Source: Ignavibacteriota bacterium (GTDB taxonomy: Bacteria > Bacteroidota > Ignavibacteria > UBA10030 > UBA6906). Taken from it: a stretch of DNA of 64,000 nucleotides. The first letter of the stretch is position 1, and each line of letters starts with the position of its first letter. The translations under genes and the position numbers were made by a program. Where the stretch lies: contig CAWDEM010000008.1 in the NCBI GenBank assembly GCA_963801355.1, positions 1,952,001 through 2,016,000 on the forward strand. The letters are read 5' to 3'. Below the pieces are notes generated by a model. That model was not told the DNA's origin. It made no database searches and worked only from the letters and a program-made list of their open reading frames with translations. Shown here in pieces: positions 1 through 11,511 of this stretch.

Positions 1-627
1 GCCGTCCTTGGCCGCCGTCCTGAAGACAAACTCCACAACCACGCGCAAGCCCAGACGATGGGCCGCCTCCACGAAGGCCTTGAACTCGGTCTTGATGTCC
101 AGACCCAGTGTCGGCTCTCCCAGGTTCTCGTCGAGTTCGTACGGATTGCGGATGGCATAAGGGGAACCGAGCGTCCCCTTGTTGCCGTCGTGTCCGATGG
201 AGGTGATGGGCAGGAGATGCACCGTGTTCGCGCCGAGCCGCTTGATGTACGGAAGCATCGCCATCGCTTTGACAAATGTCCCCGTTTCGCGAAACCCTTC
301 CGGGTTTGTCGGAAGATCGAGCGCACTGTTGCCGTCATGATCGAAGGCGGTCGTGGTCCGCACGAAGAGATTGTAGATCACTGCGTTGCGCGTCCATTCG
401 CCACCGCTGGGTGCGGGACGTTTCGGCGCTTTGGCCGCTTTGAGCTTTTTGACTATGCCGAGATAGTAGGCGTACGGGTGCACCTTGATCCTCCGGGGCG
501 TGCCGCGGAGTGACCCCCAGAGAGATGGAACTGTGTAATGGTATTTGCGGAGGCGACTCTCGCGCACTTTGTGCTTGAGTGCACGCACGATCTGATCCAG
601 TGCCTTTGGAGGTGTGTATGTTCCCAT
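1..627 (-). CDS. GH13 maltodextrin glycosyltransferase (Thermotoga maltosyltransferase-like), 5' part; runs off window
   Basis: Absent from ORF track; translated by hand from ATG at 627: [10 protein letters not shown]...[19 protein letters not shown]...[52 protein letters not shown]...[24 protein letters not shown]. Resembles the MTase branch of GH13; no signal peptide. Confidence 0.8.
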   Translation of the reverse strand, partial: MGTYTPPKALDQIVRALKHKVRESRLRKYHYTVPSLWGSLRGTPRRIKVHPYAYYLGIVKKLKAAKAPKRPAPSGGEWTRNAVIYNLFVRTTTAFDHDGNSALDLPTNPEGFRETGTFVKAMAMLPYIKRLGANTVHLLPITSIGHDGNKGTLGSPYAIRNPYELDENLGEPTLGLDIKTEFKAFVEAAHRLGLRVVVEFVFRTAAKDG

Positions 628-673
628 AGATGCGTGTCGGAGTTGTTCTGATTGAGTGTGAATAGTGTCCGGA

Positions 674-2983
674 CTATTTTTTACTTTCCCTGCTCTTCCC
701 CATCACTCCCGTACCGGCGGAGCCGGGTTCCGGCGCGTTCGATGCCCCATCGCGGATGATGGGCGTAAAGGCTCTCACCGGCATCCTGCCGCCGGCCAGC
801 CGTGCAAAACGGTACACATTGTTCAGATGGGCGAGATACGCGAGATCAAACGGTGTGTCACCTGCGGGAGCAGTCTGATCGGCGCCATACCACCAGAACC
901 AATCCGATCCCTCGGCGGCATACATCTCTTCCCACGCCATGTAGGCGTACCATGCGCGTGTTCCTTCGCGCGGTGCGTCGCCCCGCGGGTCCGGCCGTTG
1001 TACCCCCGATCGCTGCAGGTCCTGCCGGACCCGCAGGAGGTACTCCCATGCTGCGTTTTCTTCCTTTTCTCCAACCCAGGTGTCAAAGTTGCCGTTGATC
1101 CATGAGCCGGGCCAGAGCCACTCCATGGCCGGTTGCGAGGCCACGGGGTGGGGGGGGATGCCGCGACCGGGATTCCCTGCGATATATTCGGACATTGTTG
1201 TGGAAGTGATGCGTCCCTGCTTATACAGTGCTCCGAGCTTGCGGTACAATGCATGGAGGAACTTCTTGCCGTCGACATCCTGCCGGTACCACTCCCACGC
1301 ATTTTCGCCGTCGAGAATTACCGTGATGAGCGCATCCGGTTGATCCTTGCCCGGCGCGAACCCGAGAAGACTCTGTACGAAGTCCTCCGCTGCGGCCTCG
1401 CCGTCCATCGACTGATATTTGAAACCGATCCTGTCGGAGAGCTCGGTATCGCGGAACACCAGCGATATCGGCTTTCGGCCCGCCGGGAACCGGAATGGCG
1501 TGGTGTTCGGCTGATCCGCCGGACGTGAGCGCTGCAGCACGCGCACATCGCTCGCGGTCCAGAGAATCCCGTTGTCGCGGAACACCTCCAGGACCGGCTG
1601 GGCCACCGACCCTTCTCCGGGCCACATCCCCGTCGGCGCAGCGCCGAAGATCTCCTTGTACATGCTGACCGCTTTCACGACTTGCGCCCGGGCATCCTCG
1701 GGGTATGCGAAACGCGGGGGGAGGGAATCATGCGGTTGACAGGTGCGTGCAAGGTCCGAATCGTAGATCAACGGCAGAATCGGATGGTAGTATGGCGTTG
1801 TGATGATATCGATCTGGCCGGTCCGTTTCTCCGGTGAATACTGTAAGGAGCGGTGCACGGGGATGACTGCCGCCATGACGTTGTATGCTTCCACGACCAT
1901 GCGCACGCAGTCAGCGTGTGTCACGGCACGTTGCAGCCGGAACACACCGTTCCCTTCCTCCTGCACCAGATCGCTCAGGTCGCACACTACGCCTCCCGGC
2001 AGCGTCACCGGCCCGCGCAGGAAGTCCGGATCGAAATATGCCAGGTAGAACCAGAAAACAATTTCCTGCAACTCCGGCACGGTGAACATATCGCCCTGCG
2101 GATCGGCAGACGATGCTTGTTTCTGTTTCAGGGCCTGATACTGTGGAAAGCGCTCGAGCATCACGTCATTGATGCCGAAGGCGTTCCAGGCGTTTCTGTA
2201 GATGAAATCCTTGTCATTGCCGGTGTAGGATGCAGCGGGAGTGAGCGCCAGATCGATCCACGGATCTGTTTTTCCTTTCCAGTGTTCCCAGAAACCACGG
2301 GTGTCAATCGTCCGTTTCCGGGCGTCTATATACGGCCCCAGCCGGTCAAGATAGTAGCCGCGGAGCTGGTGGAGCAGCGAAGAGGTGAGATTGATCGTAC
2401 AATGAACATCGGGATACTTCTCGAGCATGGCCGCCATGTCATAGTAGTCTTTCGTGCCATGCGTGCGTACCCAGGGACCGGCAAGCTGGTCGGTTTCCGG
2501 ATCGGCGTAGAGAGGTTGATGCTGGTGCCAGAGGATGTGGACATATACCTTCTTGCGATCCCCGGCGGGGGCATAGACATCGTTCGGGTTCAGCGTGGCC
2601 GGCGGCGGTTCCGCCGAAAGAAGGATTTGGTTTCCGGCAGTCAGCACGAACACCGAATTCTGCGAAGACCGATTGTAGTTGTCGATCAGTGCGGGATTGT
2701 CCGGGTCATTGACATACTCCGTTCCATCCACCAGGAATTTGTACTGGTAGAGCCCCGGCCGGAGCGGTCGGACGGTTGACCAGACCCCATGGGGCCCCGC
2801 TTTGAGCCGGTCGACTTCCTTGGACCAGCCGTTGAAGTCCGCCACGACGGAGACGCTGGATTTCACCTGTCCAGTATAGGCAAACCGGACACCGTCCTGT
2901 ACGATGGTAGGCTGGGCAATGCCGCCAGTCGTGGCCCCGAGCACCATGACACCTGCGAGTACAATAGCTATGGATGTTTTCAT
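674..2983 (-). CDS. Secreted GH57 amylopullulanase-type enzyme with N-terminal CBM48/AMPK-like glycogen-binding domain
   Basis: Signal peptide; VVADFNGW...YQYKFLVDG...DPDNP (CBM48); GH57 regions [34 protein letters not shown]. Confidence 0.9.
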   Translation of the reverse strand: MKTSIAIVLAGVMVLGATTGGIAQPTIVQDGVRFAYTGQVKSSVSVVADFNGWSKEVDRLKAGPHGVWSTVRPLRPGLYQYKFLVDGTEYVNDPDNPALIDNYNRSSQNSVFVLTAGNQILLSAEPPPATLNPNDVYAPAGDRKKVYVHILWHQHQPLYADPETDQLAGPWVRTHGTKDYYDMAAMLEKYPDVHCTINLTSSLLHQLRGYYLDRLGPYIDARKRTIDTRGFWEHWKGKTDPWIDLALTPAASYTGNDKDFIYRNAWNAFGINDVMLERFPQYQALKQKQASSADPQGDMFTVPELQEIVFWFYLAYFDPDFLRGPVTLPGGVVCDLSDLVQEEGNGVFRLQRAVTHADCVRMVVEAYNVMAAVIPVHRSLQYSPEKRTGQIDIITTPYYHPILPLIYDSDLARTCQPHDSLPPRFAYPEDARAQVVKAVSMYKEIFGAAPTGMWPGEGSVAQPVLEVFRDNGILWTASDVRVLQRSRPADQPNTTPFRFPAGRKPISLVFRDTELSDRIGFKYQSMDGEAAAEDFVQSLLGFAPGKDQPDALITVILDGENAWEWYRQDVDGKKFLHALYRKLGALYKQGRITSTTMSEYIAGNPGRGIPPHPVASQPAMEWLWPGSWINGNFDTWVGEKEENAAWEYLLRVRQDLQRSGVQRPDPRGDAPREGTRAWYAYMAWEEMYAAEGSDWFWWYGADQTAPAGDTPFDLAYLAHLNNVYRFARLAGGRMPVRAFTPIIRDGASNAPEPGSAGTGVMGKSRESKK

Positions 2984-3046
2984 ATGTGTCCTAGTCCCAA
3001 GCTCTCATCGCTCTTCCTTAACCCCGCCCTCAATCCTAACCTGAAC

Positions 3047-4573
3047 CTATTTTCCTCTCTCAATCACCATCCCCGACAGGCCAGGCAGGATCACGGTGGG
3101 ATCCCCATTCTGGTCGGGCCCAAGGTCACTCCCCATCGGGTGAACAACGCGCCACATCCCGCTTCCTCCAACAGCGCTGAGTGGAAGGGCTACGCGTGCA
3201 GGCAAGGGCCCCGCGTTCAGCACAACGACTCCGCGTGATGCGCCGTCTTTGCGAGCGAAGATAAAGACCTTCTGCTCGTCATCGGCACGCAGAGTCTCGT
3301 ACGACCCTTGACGCCACAAAGCGTGCGCGCGGCGCAATGCAATCATCGCTTTGTACCACTCGAGGAGTTCGGCTCGCTGCTTCTTCTTATCCCAGACCAT
3401 CGTTCCGCGGCACGCCGGATCCTTCCCGCCTTCCATGCCGATTTCGTCACCGTAGTACACCATTGGCGCACCGGGATAGGTCATTTGAAACAGCACACCC
3501 AGCTTTTCACGCTGCTCATTGCCGGCGCACACAGTACGCAAGCGTTCAGTGTCATGACTCCCCAGAAGGTTGAGCAGCGCAAAGTTCACCTGCTCGGGAT
3601 AGTCCTGCCGTTGGTGAGCAAGGGCCGTGTCAAACGCTGTCGGGCTGGTTGTTCCTAGCGCAAGGAATTGCAGGCAAAGGTCGCGAAGACGGTAGTTCAT
3701 CACCGCGTCGAACTGATCCCCCTGCAGCCACGCATTGGCGTTATCCCATATCTCGCCAACGATATAGCAGTCCGGGTTGATGGATTTCACAAGCTTCCGC
3801 CACTCGATCCAGAAATCGTGCGGAATCTCATTCGGGACATCCAGACGCCACCCATCAACCCCCATCGTTGTCCACTTGCGCGCGACATTGAAGAGATACG
3901 CGCGCACGGCCGGGTTCTCCGTCCGCAGTTTGGGCAGCGAGCCATGCCCCCACCAGCATTCGTAGTTGGGCCGGGACGGAGGACCGACGGGAAAGCTGCG
4001 TATGGTGTACCAGTCCTTGTAGAGTGATCGCTTTCCTTTCGCCCGGACATCAGCGAAGGCGAAGAAGGCGATACCGGTGTGGTTGAACACGCCGTCAATC
4101 ACCACACGGATCCCACGGACATGGCATGAATCAAGCAATCGCTTGAATGTCGCATCATCTCCGAAATGCGGGTCTATCCGCATGTAATCGGTCGTATTGT
4201 ATTTGTGATTCGTCGTCGCTTCAAAGATAGGGTTCAGATAGAGCGCATTGACTCCGAGATCCTGAATGTAGTCCAGGCGGTCGATGATCCCTTGCAGATC
4301 TCCGCCGGAGAAATTGCGTCCCGTGGGCTTTTCGCCCCATGGTACGACACCACGGGGGTCGTTTGCCGTGTCACCATTGGCGAATCGTTCGGGAAAAATC
4401 TGGTAGAAGACCGCGTCCTTGACCCAATCGGGGACAAAGCTGCCGGCCCGGAGTGGCAACGCCGCGGCTATCATGAGCAATGCTCCACCGAGGAAGCGAA
4501 CGGGCATTCGGACCGATACGTGACGACGTTTATTGACGCGTGCAATCTGCTGTGCACCAGGAGAGGCATTCAC
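3047..4573 (-). CDS. GH13 neopullulanase/cyclomaltodextrinase-type enzyme, probably exported (true start may be ATG 4507)
   Basis: PDWVKDAVFYQIFPERF, GGDLQG, DGVFNH, GWRLDV, GEIW, SHD, YYGDE. Confidence 0.9.
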   Translation of the reverse strand: MNASPGAQQIARVNKRRHVSVRMPVRFLGGALLMIAAALPLRAGSFVPDWVKDAVFYQIFPERFANGDTANDPRGVVPWGEKPTGRNFSGGDLQGIIDRLDYIQDLGVNALYLNPIFEATTNHKYNTTDYMRIDPHFGDDATFKRLLDSCHVRGIRVVIDGVFNHTGIAFFAFADVRAKGKRSLYKDWYTIRSFPVGPPSRPNYECWWGHGSLPKLRTENPAVRAYLFNVARKWTTMGVDGWRLDVPNEIPHDFWIEWRKLVKSINPDCYIVGEIWDNANAWLQGDQFDAVMNYRLRDLCLQFLALGTTSPTAFDTALAHQRQDYPEQVNFALLNLLGSHDTERLRTVCAGNEQREKLGVLFQMTYPGAPMVYYGDEIGMEGGKDPACRGTMVWDKKKQRAELLEWYKAMIALRRAHALWRQGSYETLRADDEQKVFIFARKDGASRGVVVLNAGPLPARVALPLSAVGGSGMWRVVHPMGSDLGPDQNGDPTVILPGLSGMVIERGK

Positions 4574-4694
4574 CGTTCACAATAGAGATTGTGGTTCTGA
4601 AAAGCAACGCTTGCTTTGACGCTGGAACCTGCTATATTCTTTTCCATCAAAAGACTTTCGCCCTGCAACCTCATACAAAGACGTCCGCAGATCG

Positions 4695-6506
4695 ATGAAA
4701 CAACGCCGACCGCCCCCTCACCGCCGTGTGCAGGAACAACTCAGTGCATCCAGGCGCCATGCCTACCTGGCCATCACGTTTGCGTTTCCTTGTGTCGTCC
4801 TGCTTCTCCTGGAAGCCAGTCTGCGTGTTCTTCATTATGGACCTGACCTTTCACTCTTCATCACCCAGGAACTGCACGGCCGCACATATCACATCATGAA
4901 TCCTGAAGTGCGCCGTCGGTACTTTTCCCGGGTTTCATTCGCTCCCTCCACTTCACCCGACTATTTTCTCGTGCCAAAACCAGAAGGCACATATCGCATC
5001 TTCTGCTTCGGCGGCTCCACCACGGCAGGCTTCCCCTATTGGTTCAACGGTGCCTTCTCGTCGTTCCTCCGTGACCGGTTGCGGAGCAGCTTCCCAGACC
5101 GCCCCATCGAAGTAATCAATTTGGGCATGACCGCAACCAACAGCTACACAGTTGTCGATATGGCAAGGGATGCGCTTGAGTATGAACCCGACCTCATCAT
5201 CGTGTATGACGGGCATAACGAGTTCTATGGCGCACTCGGCACTGCCTCGCGTGAAGCGATGGGTGGTTCACGATGGTTGTCGCACCTCGCCCTTGCGCTT
5301 GCCCATGCCCGCACATATCAGCTCGCACTCGATATCTCTGCGGCGTTCAGCAGCGTCTTCGGCAACAGTGACAACCCCGCATCGCGCGGGACCCTGATGG
5401 AGCGCCTCGCACGTGGGAAGACCGTGCCGTATGACAGTCAGACCTATCGCGACGGACTGGAGATATTCTCGGCGAATCTCCAAGAGCTCAAAGAACTGTG
5501 CACTGACCGCGGGGTACCAGTCATTCTTGGAACGCAGGTATCCAATCTCCGGGGTCTTGTTCCCTTTGTCTCAGGCACTCCCCCCGAGACGCCTCCGCAG
5601 ACACGCCTGGCCTTCAATACTCGCTTCAATACCGGGATTGAGCAGCGCTTGAACGGGAACTTCGTTGCCGCCGTAGCGAACTTCCGCGCCGCAGCTGAAC
5701 TGGTGCCTGGCCACGCGGAGGCACATTACCGCCTTGCCCAAGCCCTCGATACGCTCGGACGGACCGCGGAAGCACTTCCAGAATACGTCATAGCTCGCGA
5801 TCTTGATGAACTCCGCTTCCGCGCATGCACAGACTTCAACATAGCCATCCGCACCATGGACGACGGGAAGACATTCTTCTGTGCCGACATGGAAGCGTCA
5901 TTTGCCGGCGCATCCCCCGCACACATCATCGGCAATGACCTGATTCTCGATCATCTCCATCCTACCGCATTCGGGCAGTTCCTTATGGCCCGTTCCTTCG
6001 CCCAGGCGATGCGCACCAACGGACTTCTAGCGACTGAACATCAGTGGAGCAAGGCCGACACACTCAGCGACAATGCTCTCTGGAGCAACCGGCACGTGAC
6101 ATCCGTCGATGACCGCATCGCTGCGCGGCGAATCGAGGCACTTGTCACTGCCTGGCCGTTCCAATCGGAAGAAATGCCACTTAGGGAGATTACGCCCCGC
6201 GATACACTCGGCCAGATCGCAGACCAGTTTGCCCGCGGAGAGATCCACTGGAAACAGGCGCATGACAGCGCCACAGCGTACTACTCTTCGCGCAAGAATC
6301 TCCGTGCCCTCGAAAGAGAGTACCGGACGGTCATTAACCAGCTTCCGTACATCGATATCGCACCCTATATCCACCTCGCACAACTCCTCCTGGACCAGAG
6401 GAAGACCAGCGAAGCGCGCGATATCCTCCAGAAACTCCTCGCGATTGAACCCGATTGCCCGCCTGCAATGGAATTGCTCAGTAACATGCACGCGCCCGCA
6501 CGGTGA
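4695..6506 (+). CDS. Membrane-anchored SGNH/GDSL hydrolase-fold protein with TPRs (paralog 1)
   Basis: N-terminal TM; blocks FGGSTT, INLGM, YDGHNE, DHLHP; TPR helices (AEAHYRLAQAL) inserted and C-terminal. Confidence 0.8.
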   Translation: MKQRRPPPHRRVQEQLSASRRHAYLAITFAFPCVVLLLLEASLRVLHYGPDLSLFITQELHGRTYHIMNPEVRRRYFSRVSFAPSTSPDYFLVPKPEGTYRIFCFGGSTTAGFPYWFNGAFSSFLRDRLRSSFPDRPIEVINLGMTATNSYTVVDMARDALEYEPDLIIVYDGHNEFYGALGTASREAMGGSRWLSHLALALAHARTYQLALDISAAFSSVFGNSDNPASRGTLMERLARGKTVPYDSQTYRDGLEIFSANLQELKELCTDRGVPVILGTQVSNLRGLVPFVSGTPPETPPQTRLAFNTRFNTGIEQRLNGNFVAAVANFRAAAELVPGHAEAHYRLAQALDTLGRTAEALPEYVIARDLDELRFRACTDFNIAIRTMDDGKTFFCADMEASFAGASPAHIIGNDLILDHLHPTAFGQFLMARSFAQAMRTNGLLATEHQWSKADTLSDNALWSNRHVTSVDDRIAARRIEALVTAWPFQSEEMPLREITPRDTLGQIADQFARGEIHWKQAHDSATAYYSSRKNLRALEREYRTVINQLPYIDIAPYIHLAQLLLDQRKTSEARDILQKLLAIEPDCPPAMELLSNMHAPAR

Positions 6507-6519
6507 GCATCTCACCTTC

Positions 6520-9309
6520 TCATTTCAAGAACAGCATACTCCGAGAACTCACGAACCCATCCGTCGTGAGCCGGTAAATGTACACACCGCTGGCAAGTCC
6601 TGACGCATTAAACGAGACCGTGTAGTCACCCGCCGACTGCTTCTCGTTCACCAGCGTCCCCACTTCTCTACCCAACATGTCGTACACGACGAGCCTAACC
6701 AAACTGCCGCCCACTGCCGGTAGGCTATAACGTATCATCGTACTCGGATTGAACGGGTTCGGAAAATTCTGTTGGAGCGCGAAGCTGCCCGGCACGATGG
6801 TCTCGTCCCGGCTGCCGACTTTCGTCAAAAGCGTGTCGCGTATTGTAGAGTACACGAGTGCCGTGTACGCAGGAACGACCATCGTATCAATCGTCATTGA
6901 AGACACAGCCATCGCTGATCCGTCGGACACATTGTACCATGTTCCTGTACCGAGCCACGGCACCGCAGTGATCGTATGGGAAATCCCGCGGAAATTAGCC
7001 ACAACCATGACTTTTGCCGAGGACAGTGTGTCTTCAAACCCCCAGACAAGTACTTTTTGTGAGGAATACTGATACAACGGACGAAAAACGCCCCGAAACA
7101 ACGAGGGATTCATCACGCGCTGACGCGCGAGCGACCGGTACCACGAGAAATGCGCCTGCCCCTCAGGGGTTTGTTGCCGTGAGAATTGCACCGGTCGGTA
7201 AGTGAGTTTCAGACCGTCCGACGGCCAACCGCGTGGCTCCGCGAACTCCATGCCTTCCCAGAGCATTGGTATGCCAAGCGATGTGAACATCAATGCACCG
7301 TACAGCTTGTCGCGCTGAACCGCCTCGGCCGCTGACACACCCTGGAATTGTGTCATTTCATAGATAAGCGATTGCTCGTCGTGCGTGACGGTCGCATTCA
7401 CGGGTTCCGTCCGGTTTCCGTACGACGAGGGCTCTGATGGCGTGTCGTTCCCGGGGAATGCACCCAAGCCAAGAACAAGGGACTGCAGATCCGTCAGCAG
7501 CACGTTGCGGTATCTCGCCTCATCGAAAACGCGATCGCGGAAGCTGTCGTGCCATCCCGATGTCGCCCCACTGTAATAGATGAGAGCCGGGCTTTCCGGT
7601 AGATGCTCGAGGATCTGATAGATTCTGCCGCCATATTCCTGGTCGATGCGATTCACCCACCCAAGAATACCTTTTGTCGGCTGGCCGACATCCCATCCGA
7701 TCCCCTGTGTGTAGTCGTACCGGAAACCGTCAATATGGTATTCATCGATCCACATCTTGAGCGATGTGTACACCAACTCCTGCGTCTCAGAAGTCCAGTG
7801 GTCCATGTCGCGGAAAAATTGCAGCTGATCCTCATTCGGACGTACGTCGGAAATCGATTTGAAGTATGGATTCGCCACTTCATCAGGAAGCATCTGCCAC
7901 AGTGGCCCCGTATCATTCTGGTGATTGAATACTACGTCAAGAATGATCGCGATCCCGTGTGCATGGGCGGAATCCACAAGTGATTTGAATTCGGCGGGGG
8001 TGCCGTATGACGGCTCGAGCGCAGTATAGGAATTGAGGTCGTATCCCCACGAGTTGCCAGACCTGCCGACGGAGCCGGCGTCGTTCACCGGCATGAGTTC
8101 CAGCGCATTCACGCCGAGAGAATCGAAATGGCCCATGAGCTTCGACATGTGCATGAATCCCGCTTTGCCGGATGCGAGACCGAAGGCCCCACCCGCAAAC
8201 TCGCCGATATGCAGTTCGTAAATGACGATCCGATTGAGCGCAGGACGCGTGTACGCAGTGGAAGCCCAACTATAGTCATCCGCAGCCAGACCGGAGGGAC
8301 CGGTTGAGAATTGTGTACCATAGTCGCCGACCCGGCGTCCCCAGGGATCGGTGATCAACTTGCCGTTCTCAAGCTCGTACAAATACTCATAGGTCGAGTC
8401 GCCTGCAAGCTTGACATTCAACCACCAGTCATCGGACCCCGGCGATCGGCGCATCAACCGTGGTGAAGCGAGCGCAGGGGGTTGACCCGCAGGTGCAATC
8501 CTCACCCATACCGCGTCCTTGAGAGGAACGCGAAGCCGGAAGGTTACCGAATCGTTTGATGCGGTTGACGGGAGAGTGACACCATGCTTCGCATATGCCG
8601 GCAATGGAACCTGGGGAACAACGATTCCTCCCCGGGCATAGACCAGCGAGTCGCCCTTGTTCGTTCGAGCCACGAGCCGGATGTACGATGCACGGGGAAT
8701 GGGAGCCGGCAGCACCAGATCGAAGATCCTTGTGCTCTCATTGAACGCTGAAAGAACATCGCTGACCGCCAGAGGGGTGAGTTGCGTTTCTCCCGTGCTG
8801 AGCGTGATCGAGGTGATGGTGTCGCTGTTGGCATGAACCAGTCCGGCAGTCAGCCGGGTGATCTGCGCAGTCGATTCCGCAGCGAGCACTTCAAACCAGA
8901 AGAGGCGTGTCAGCCTGAGGACCGAATTGCTGTTATCGTTCGGATTCGTTTCAGAGTTCAGCGGGTCGGAGTACCAACCGTTGAACGTCCCTCCACGATT
9001 GAATTTGTACTGATAGACCGAATCGCCGAGAGTGCGCGTCGCACTGCCGGGCTCATGGATCTTGAAGGTGTAGGTCTTCACCCATGCCCCGAGAGCTGGG
9101 TCATAACTCATCTCCGACGGAGCTCCTGTTGCGATAACACCTCCCAAATTCGGGCCCCATCCGTTGAATTGGCCGGGCACAAACACACTCGGCGAGGAGG
9201 GCTGGTGCGCACGGAAAGACATACGGACGCTGTCGGAAGACGATTGTGCGAAAGCATGTACCTGGAGTCCCAAGAGCCCAGCTATCAACATCCGTTGCAT
9301 AAGAATCAT
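6520..9309 (-). CDS. GH13 alpha-amylase/pullulanase-like enzyme with CBM48-like domains and T9SS type-A CTD
   Basis: Signal peptide; PGQFNGW; IYELH, DVVFNH, DGFRYD, THDE; C-terminus LQQNFPNPFNPST...SGVYIYRL...MLFLK. Confidence 0.9.
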   Translation of the reverse strand: MILMQRMLIAGLLGLQVHAFAQSSSDSVRMSFRAHQPSSPSVFVPGQFNGWGPNLGGVIATGAPSEMSYDPALGAWVKTYTFKIHEPGSATRTLGDSVYQYKFNRGGTFNGWYSDPLNSETNPNDNSNSVLRLTRLFWFEVLAAESTAQITRLTAGLVHANSDTITSITLSTGETQLTPLAVSDVLSAFNESTRIFDLVLPAPIPRASYIRLVARTNKGDSLVYARGGIVVPQVPLPAYAKHGVTLPSTASNDSVTFRLRVPLKDAVWVRIAPAGQPPALASPRLMRRSPGSDDWWLNVKLAGDSTYEYLYELENGKLITDPWGRRVGDYGTQFSTGPSGLAADDYSWASTAYTRPALNRIVIYELHIGEFAGGAFGLASGKAGFMHMSKLMGHFDSLGVNALELMPVNDAGSVGRSGNSWGYDLNSYTALEPSYGTPAEFKSLVDSAHAHGIAIILDVVFNHQNDTGPLWQMLPDEVANPYFKSISDVRPNEDQLQFFRDMDHWTSETQELVYTSLKMWIDEYHIDGFRYDYTQGIGWDVGQPTKGILGWVNRIDQEYGGRIYQILEHLPESPALIYYSGATSGWHDSFRDRVFDEARYRNVLLTDLQSLVLGLGAFPGNDTPSEPSSYGNRTEPVNATVTHDEQSLIYEMTQFQGVSAAEAVQRDKLYGALMFTSLGIPMLWEGMEFAEPRGWPSDGLKLTYRPVQFSRQQTPEGQAHFSWYRSLARQRVMNPSLFRGVFRPLYQYSSQKVLVWGFEDTLSSAKVMVVANFRGISHTITAVPWLGTGTWYNVSDGSAMAVSSMTIDTMVVPAYTALVYSTIRDTLLTKVGSRDETIVPGSFALQQNFPNPFNPSTMIRYSLPAVGGSLVRLVVYDMLGREVGTLVNEKQSAGDYTVSFNASGLASGVYIYRLTTDGFVSSRSMLFLK

Positions 9310-9456
9310 CGCGTGTCTCCTCGTTCCGCTGCTCTTCTGCTATCGCTGTGCGTCCATAGGTTATTCAATGTAATGTAGCAAACTTCTCTCATAGAAGCCT
9401 GCATGGTTTTTTCCACAATTCCACCTATATTCCATCATGCTCATGCGAGTCGAAAC

Positions 9457-11511
9457 GTGACCAAAGCTCCCCGGCCGAAGACCCGGAATATTCGGAAGAA
9501 TGGCCCTTCAGCAACGGAAAGAAGGCCAAGCGCTGCTCTTCCTCTCTCAAGAAGGAAGAGAGTCGTCTTGTGGGTTCTGACCCTGGCATTCCCCTTTCTA
9601 CTCCTTGGTAGTGTCGAGCTGATCCTCCGATTAGTCAACTACGGTCCCGATATTTCACTGTTCACGACTGAAGTCATTGGCGGCCGCGCGTACTACATCA
9701 TGAACCCCGACGTGAAAGCACGGTACTTCACTCAAGTCGAGTTCACTCCGACCACGTCTGCTGACTACTTTCCGGTGCGGAAGCAGAAGGGTTCGTTTCG
9801 CATATTCTGCCTGGGCGGCTCCACAACAGTAGGCTTCCCGTATGGCTATGCCGGATCGTTCCCGCTGCATCTGCGCGAGCGGCTCCGCAGAATGTTCCCC
9901 GACAAAAACATCGAGGTCATCAATCTGGGAATGACCGCCACCAACAGCTTCACCGCGCTGGACCTCGCAACCGAGCTGCCTGCATATGACCCGGACCTCA
10001 TCATTGTGTATGATGGACACAACGAGTTCTACGGGGCTCTCGGCGTTGCCTCCAGAGAATCCGTCGGTCAATCGCTCTGGCTCACCCGCATCTACCTCCG
10101 TGCCATTCACAGCAAACTGTTCCTCGCACTTCGCGATGCCTACACACGCATCCGGGGGATACCGTCGTCGCAACCCGCAGAAGGTGCCGGGACAATGATG
10201 GAACGGCTGGCGCGCGGCCAGGAAATCGAACGCGGAAGCGCAACCTATGCGCGGGCGCTCGAAATCTTCCGTGCTAATACGGAGGATCTTGTGTCGGTGG
10301 CCCAGCGTCATCATATCCCGATCCTTTTTGGCACACAGGTGTCTAACCTCCGCGACCTTCCGCCGTTCGTCTCACGGCATCGTCCGGACTTGTCTGCGAA
10401 TCAGCTGCAGACATTCGACATTGCAATCGATCGCGGACTCGCGGAGCGTCGAAGCGGCAGACACGAGGCAGCCCTCTCCGCCTTTCAGGAAGCGCTGCTC
10501 ATCGATTCGACATACGCCCGCATCTGCTATGAAATCGCCCGCTCCTTGGATACACTGGGGAGAGTCGACGAGGCTTTCGTTCATTACATCCGCGCGCGCG
10601 ACCTTGATTGTCTCCGTTTCAGGGCCAGCAGCGACTTCAACGAAGTGATCCGCAATGCAGCGCGCACACCGGGAGTGTTTGTTGCGGAGATCGAGCGAAG
10701 TTTCCTGAAGGCGTCTCCGCAGGGAATTGTCGGGTCAAATCTGATCCTCGAACATGTGCATCCCAATTTGCGGGGATACTTCCTTCTGGCGCGCACTTAT
10801 TGTAGCGCAATGCGCGATGGAGGAATTCTCGCATTGCCAGATGCATGGGCACGCCGCGATAGTCTGTCAGAGGCCTCACTCTGGAACGATATGCGTCTCA
10901 CGGAGCTCGACAACCGCGCCGCCGCCCGGAGAATCGCGATGCTGACATCGGGGTGGCCATTCAGGAATTCCACCGCACCTCTCCCTGTTCCTCCCGCAAA
11001 GGATGAAATTGCCCACATCGTGGACCGTCTGACCGGGGCCCGCACTTCGTGGGAGGAGGCACATGTCGCAGCCGCCGAATTCTACAGGCGCACCAGTGAC
11101 ATACCCAACCTCGAACATGAGTACCGTACATTGATCCGTGTCCTTCCTGTGAATGTGTCGGCTTACCTCCTTCTCGGCGATCTCTACATTCGAACAGGCA
11201 AGGCTGCTCCCGCCGCTGAGATCCTAAGGAGATCGCTGACAATTGAGCGCACGCACTATGCACTCAATTCCCTCGGCGCACTGGCTCTCGACGGAGGCCG
11301 GTCGGACACCGCGATCGTGTACCTCCGCGAGGCTCTCCAGTATGCTCAACATACGAAAGCACGCCAGCAAACGGAGTATCTGATCGCAAAGGCGTACCTG
11401 CATTCCGGAGATACGAGTGCCGCACGCCAGAGCCTCCAACGTATGCTGGAACAGGGCCCGAGTTTCGAACCGGCCACACTCTTAATGAAACGTCTGGAGG
11501 GTTCGCGTTGA
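9457..11511 (+). CDS. Membrane-anchored SGNH-TPR protein (paralog 2; GTG 9457 preferred over track start 9403)
   Basis: LGGSTT, INLGMTATNS, YDGHNE, EHVHP; several C-terminal TPRs; clearly homologous to 4695..6506. Confidence 0.8.
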   Translation: MTKAPRPKTRNIRKNGPSATERRPSAALPLSRRKRVVLWVLTLAFPFLLLGSVELILRLVNYGPDISLFTTEVIGGRAYYIMNPDVKARYFTQVEFTPTTSADYFPVRKQKGSFRIFCLGGSTTVGFPYGYAGSFPLHLRERLRRMFPDKNIEVINLGMTATNSFTALDLATELPAYDPDLIIVYDGHNEFYGALGVASRESVGQSLWLTRIYLRAIHSKLFLALRDAYTRIRGIPSSQPAEGAGTMMERLARGQEIERGSATYARALEIFRANTEDLVSVAQRHHIPILFGTQVSNLRDLPPFVSRHRPDLSANQLQTFDIAIDRGLAERRSGRHEAALSAFQEALLIDSTYARICYEIARSLDTLGRVDEAFVHYIRARDLDCLRFRASSDFNEVIRNAARTPGVFVAEIERSFLKASPQGIVGSNLILEHVHPNLRGYFLLARTYCSAMRDGGILALPDAWARRDSLSEASLWNDMRLTELDNRAAARRIAMLTSGWPFRNSTAPLPVPPAKDEIAHIVDRLTGARTSWEEAHVAAAEFYRRTSDIPNLEHEYRTLIRVLPVNVSAYLLLGDLYIRTGKAAPAAEILRRSLTIERTHYALNSLGALALDGGRSDTAIVYLREALQYAQHTKARQQTEYLIAKAYLHSGDTSAARQSLQRMLEQGPSFEPATLLMKRLEGSR

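Noticed and set aside
3017-3046. Degenerate hexamer tract (cttaac cccgcc ctcaat cctaac ctgaac)
   Set aside because: Short low-complexity intergenic filler with no evidence of function.
4601-4617. AAAGCAA-CGC-TTGCTTT inverted repeat between divergent genes as a second LacI site
   Set aside because: Odd-length symmetry and poor match to TGGAAGCGCTTCCA; cannot be supported.
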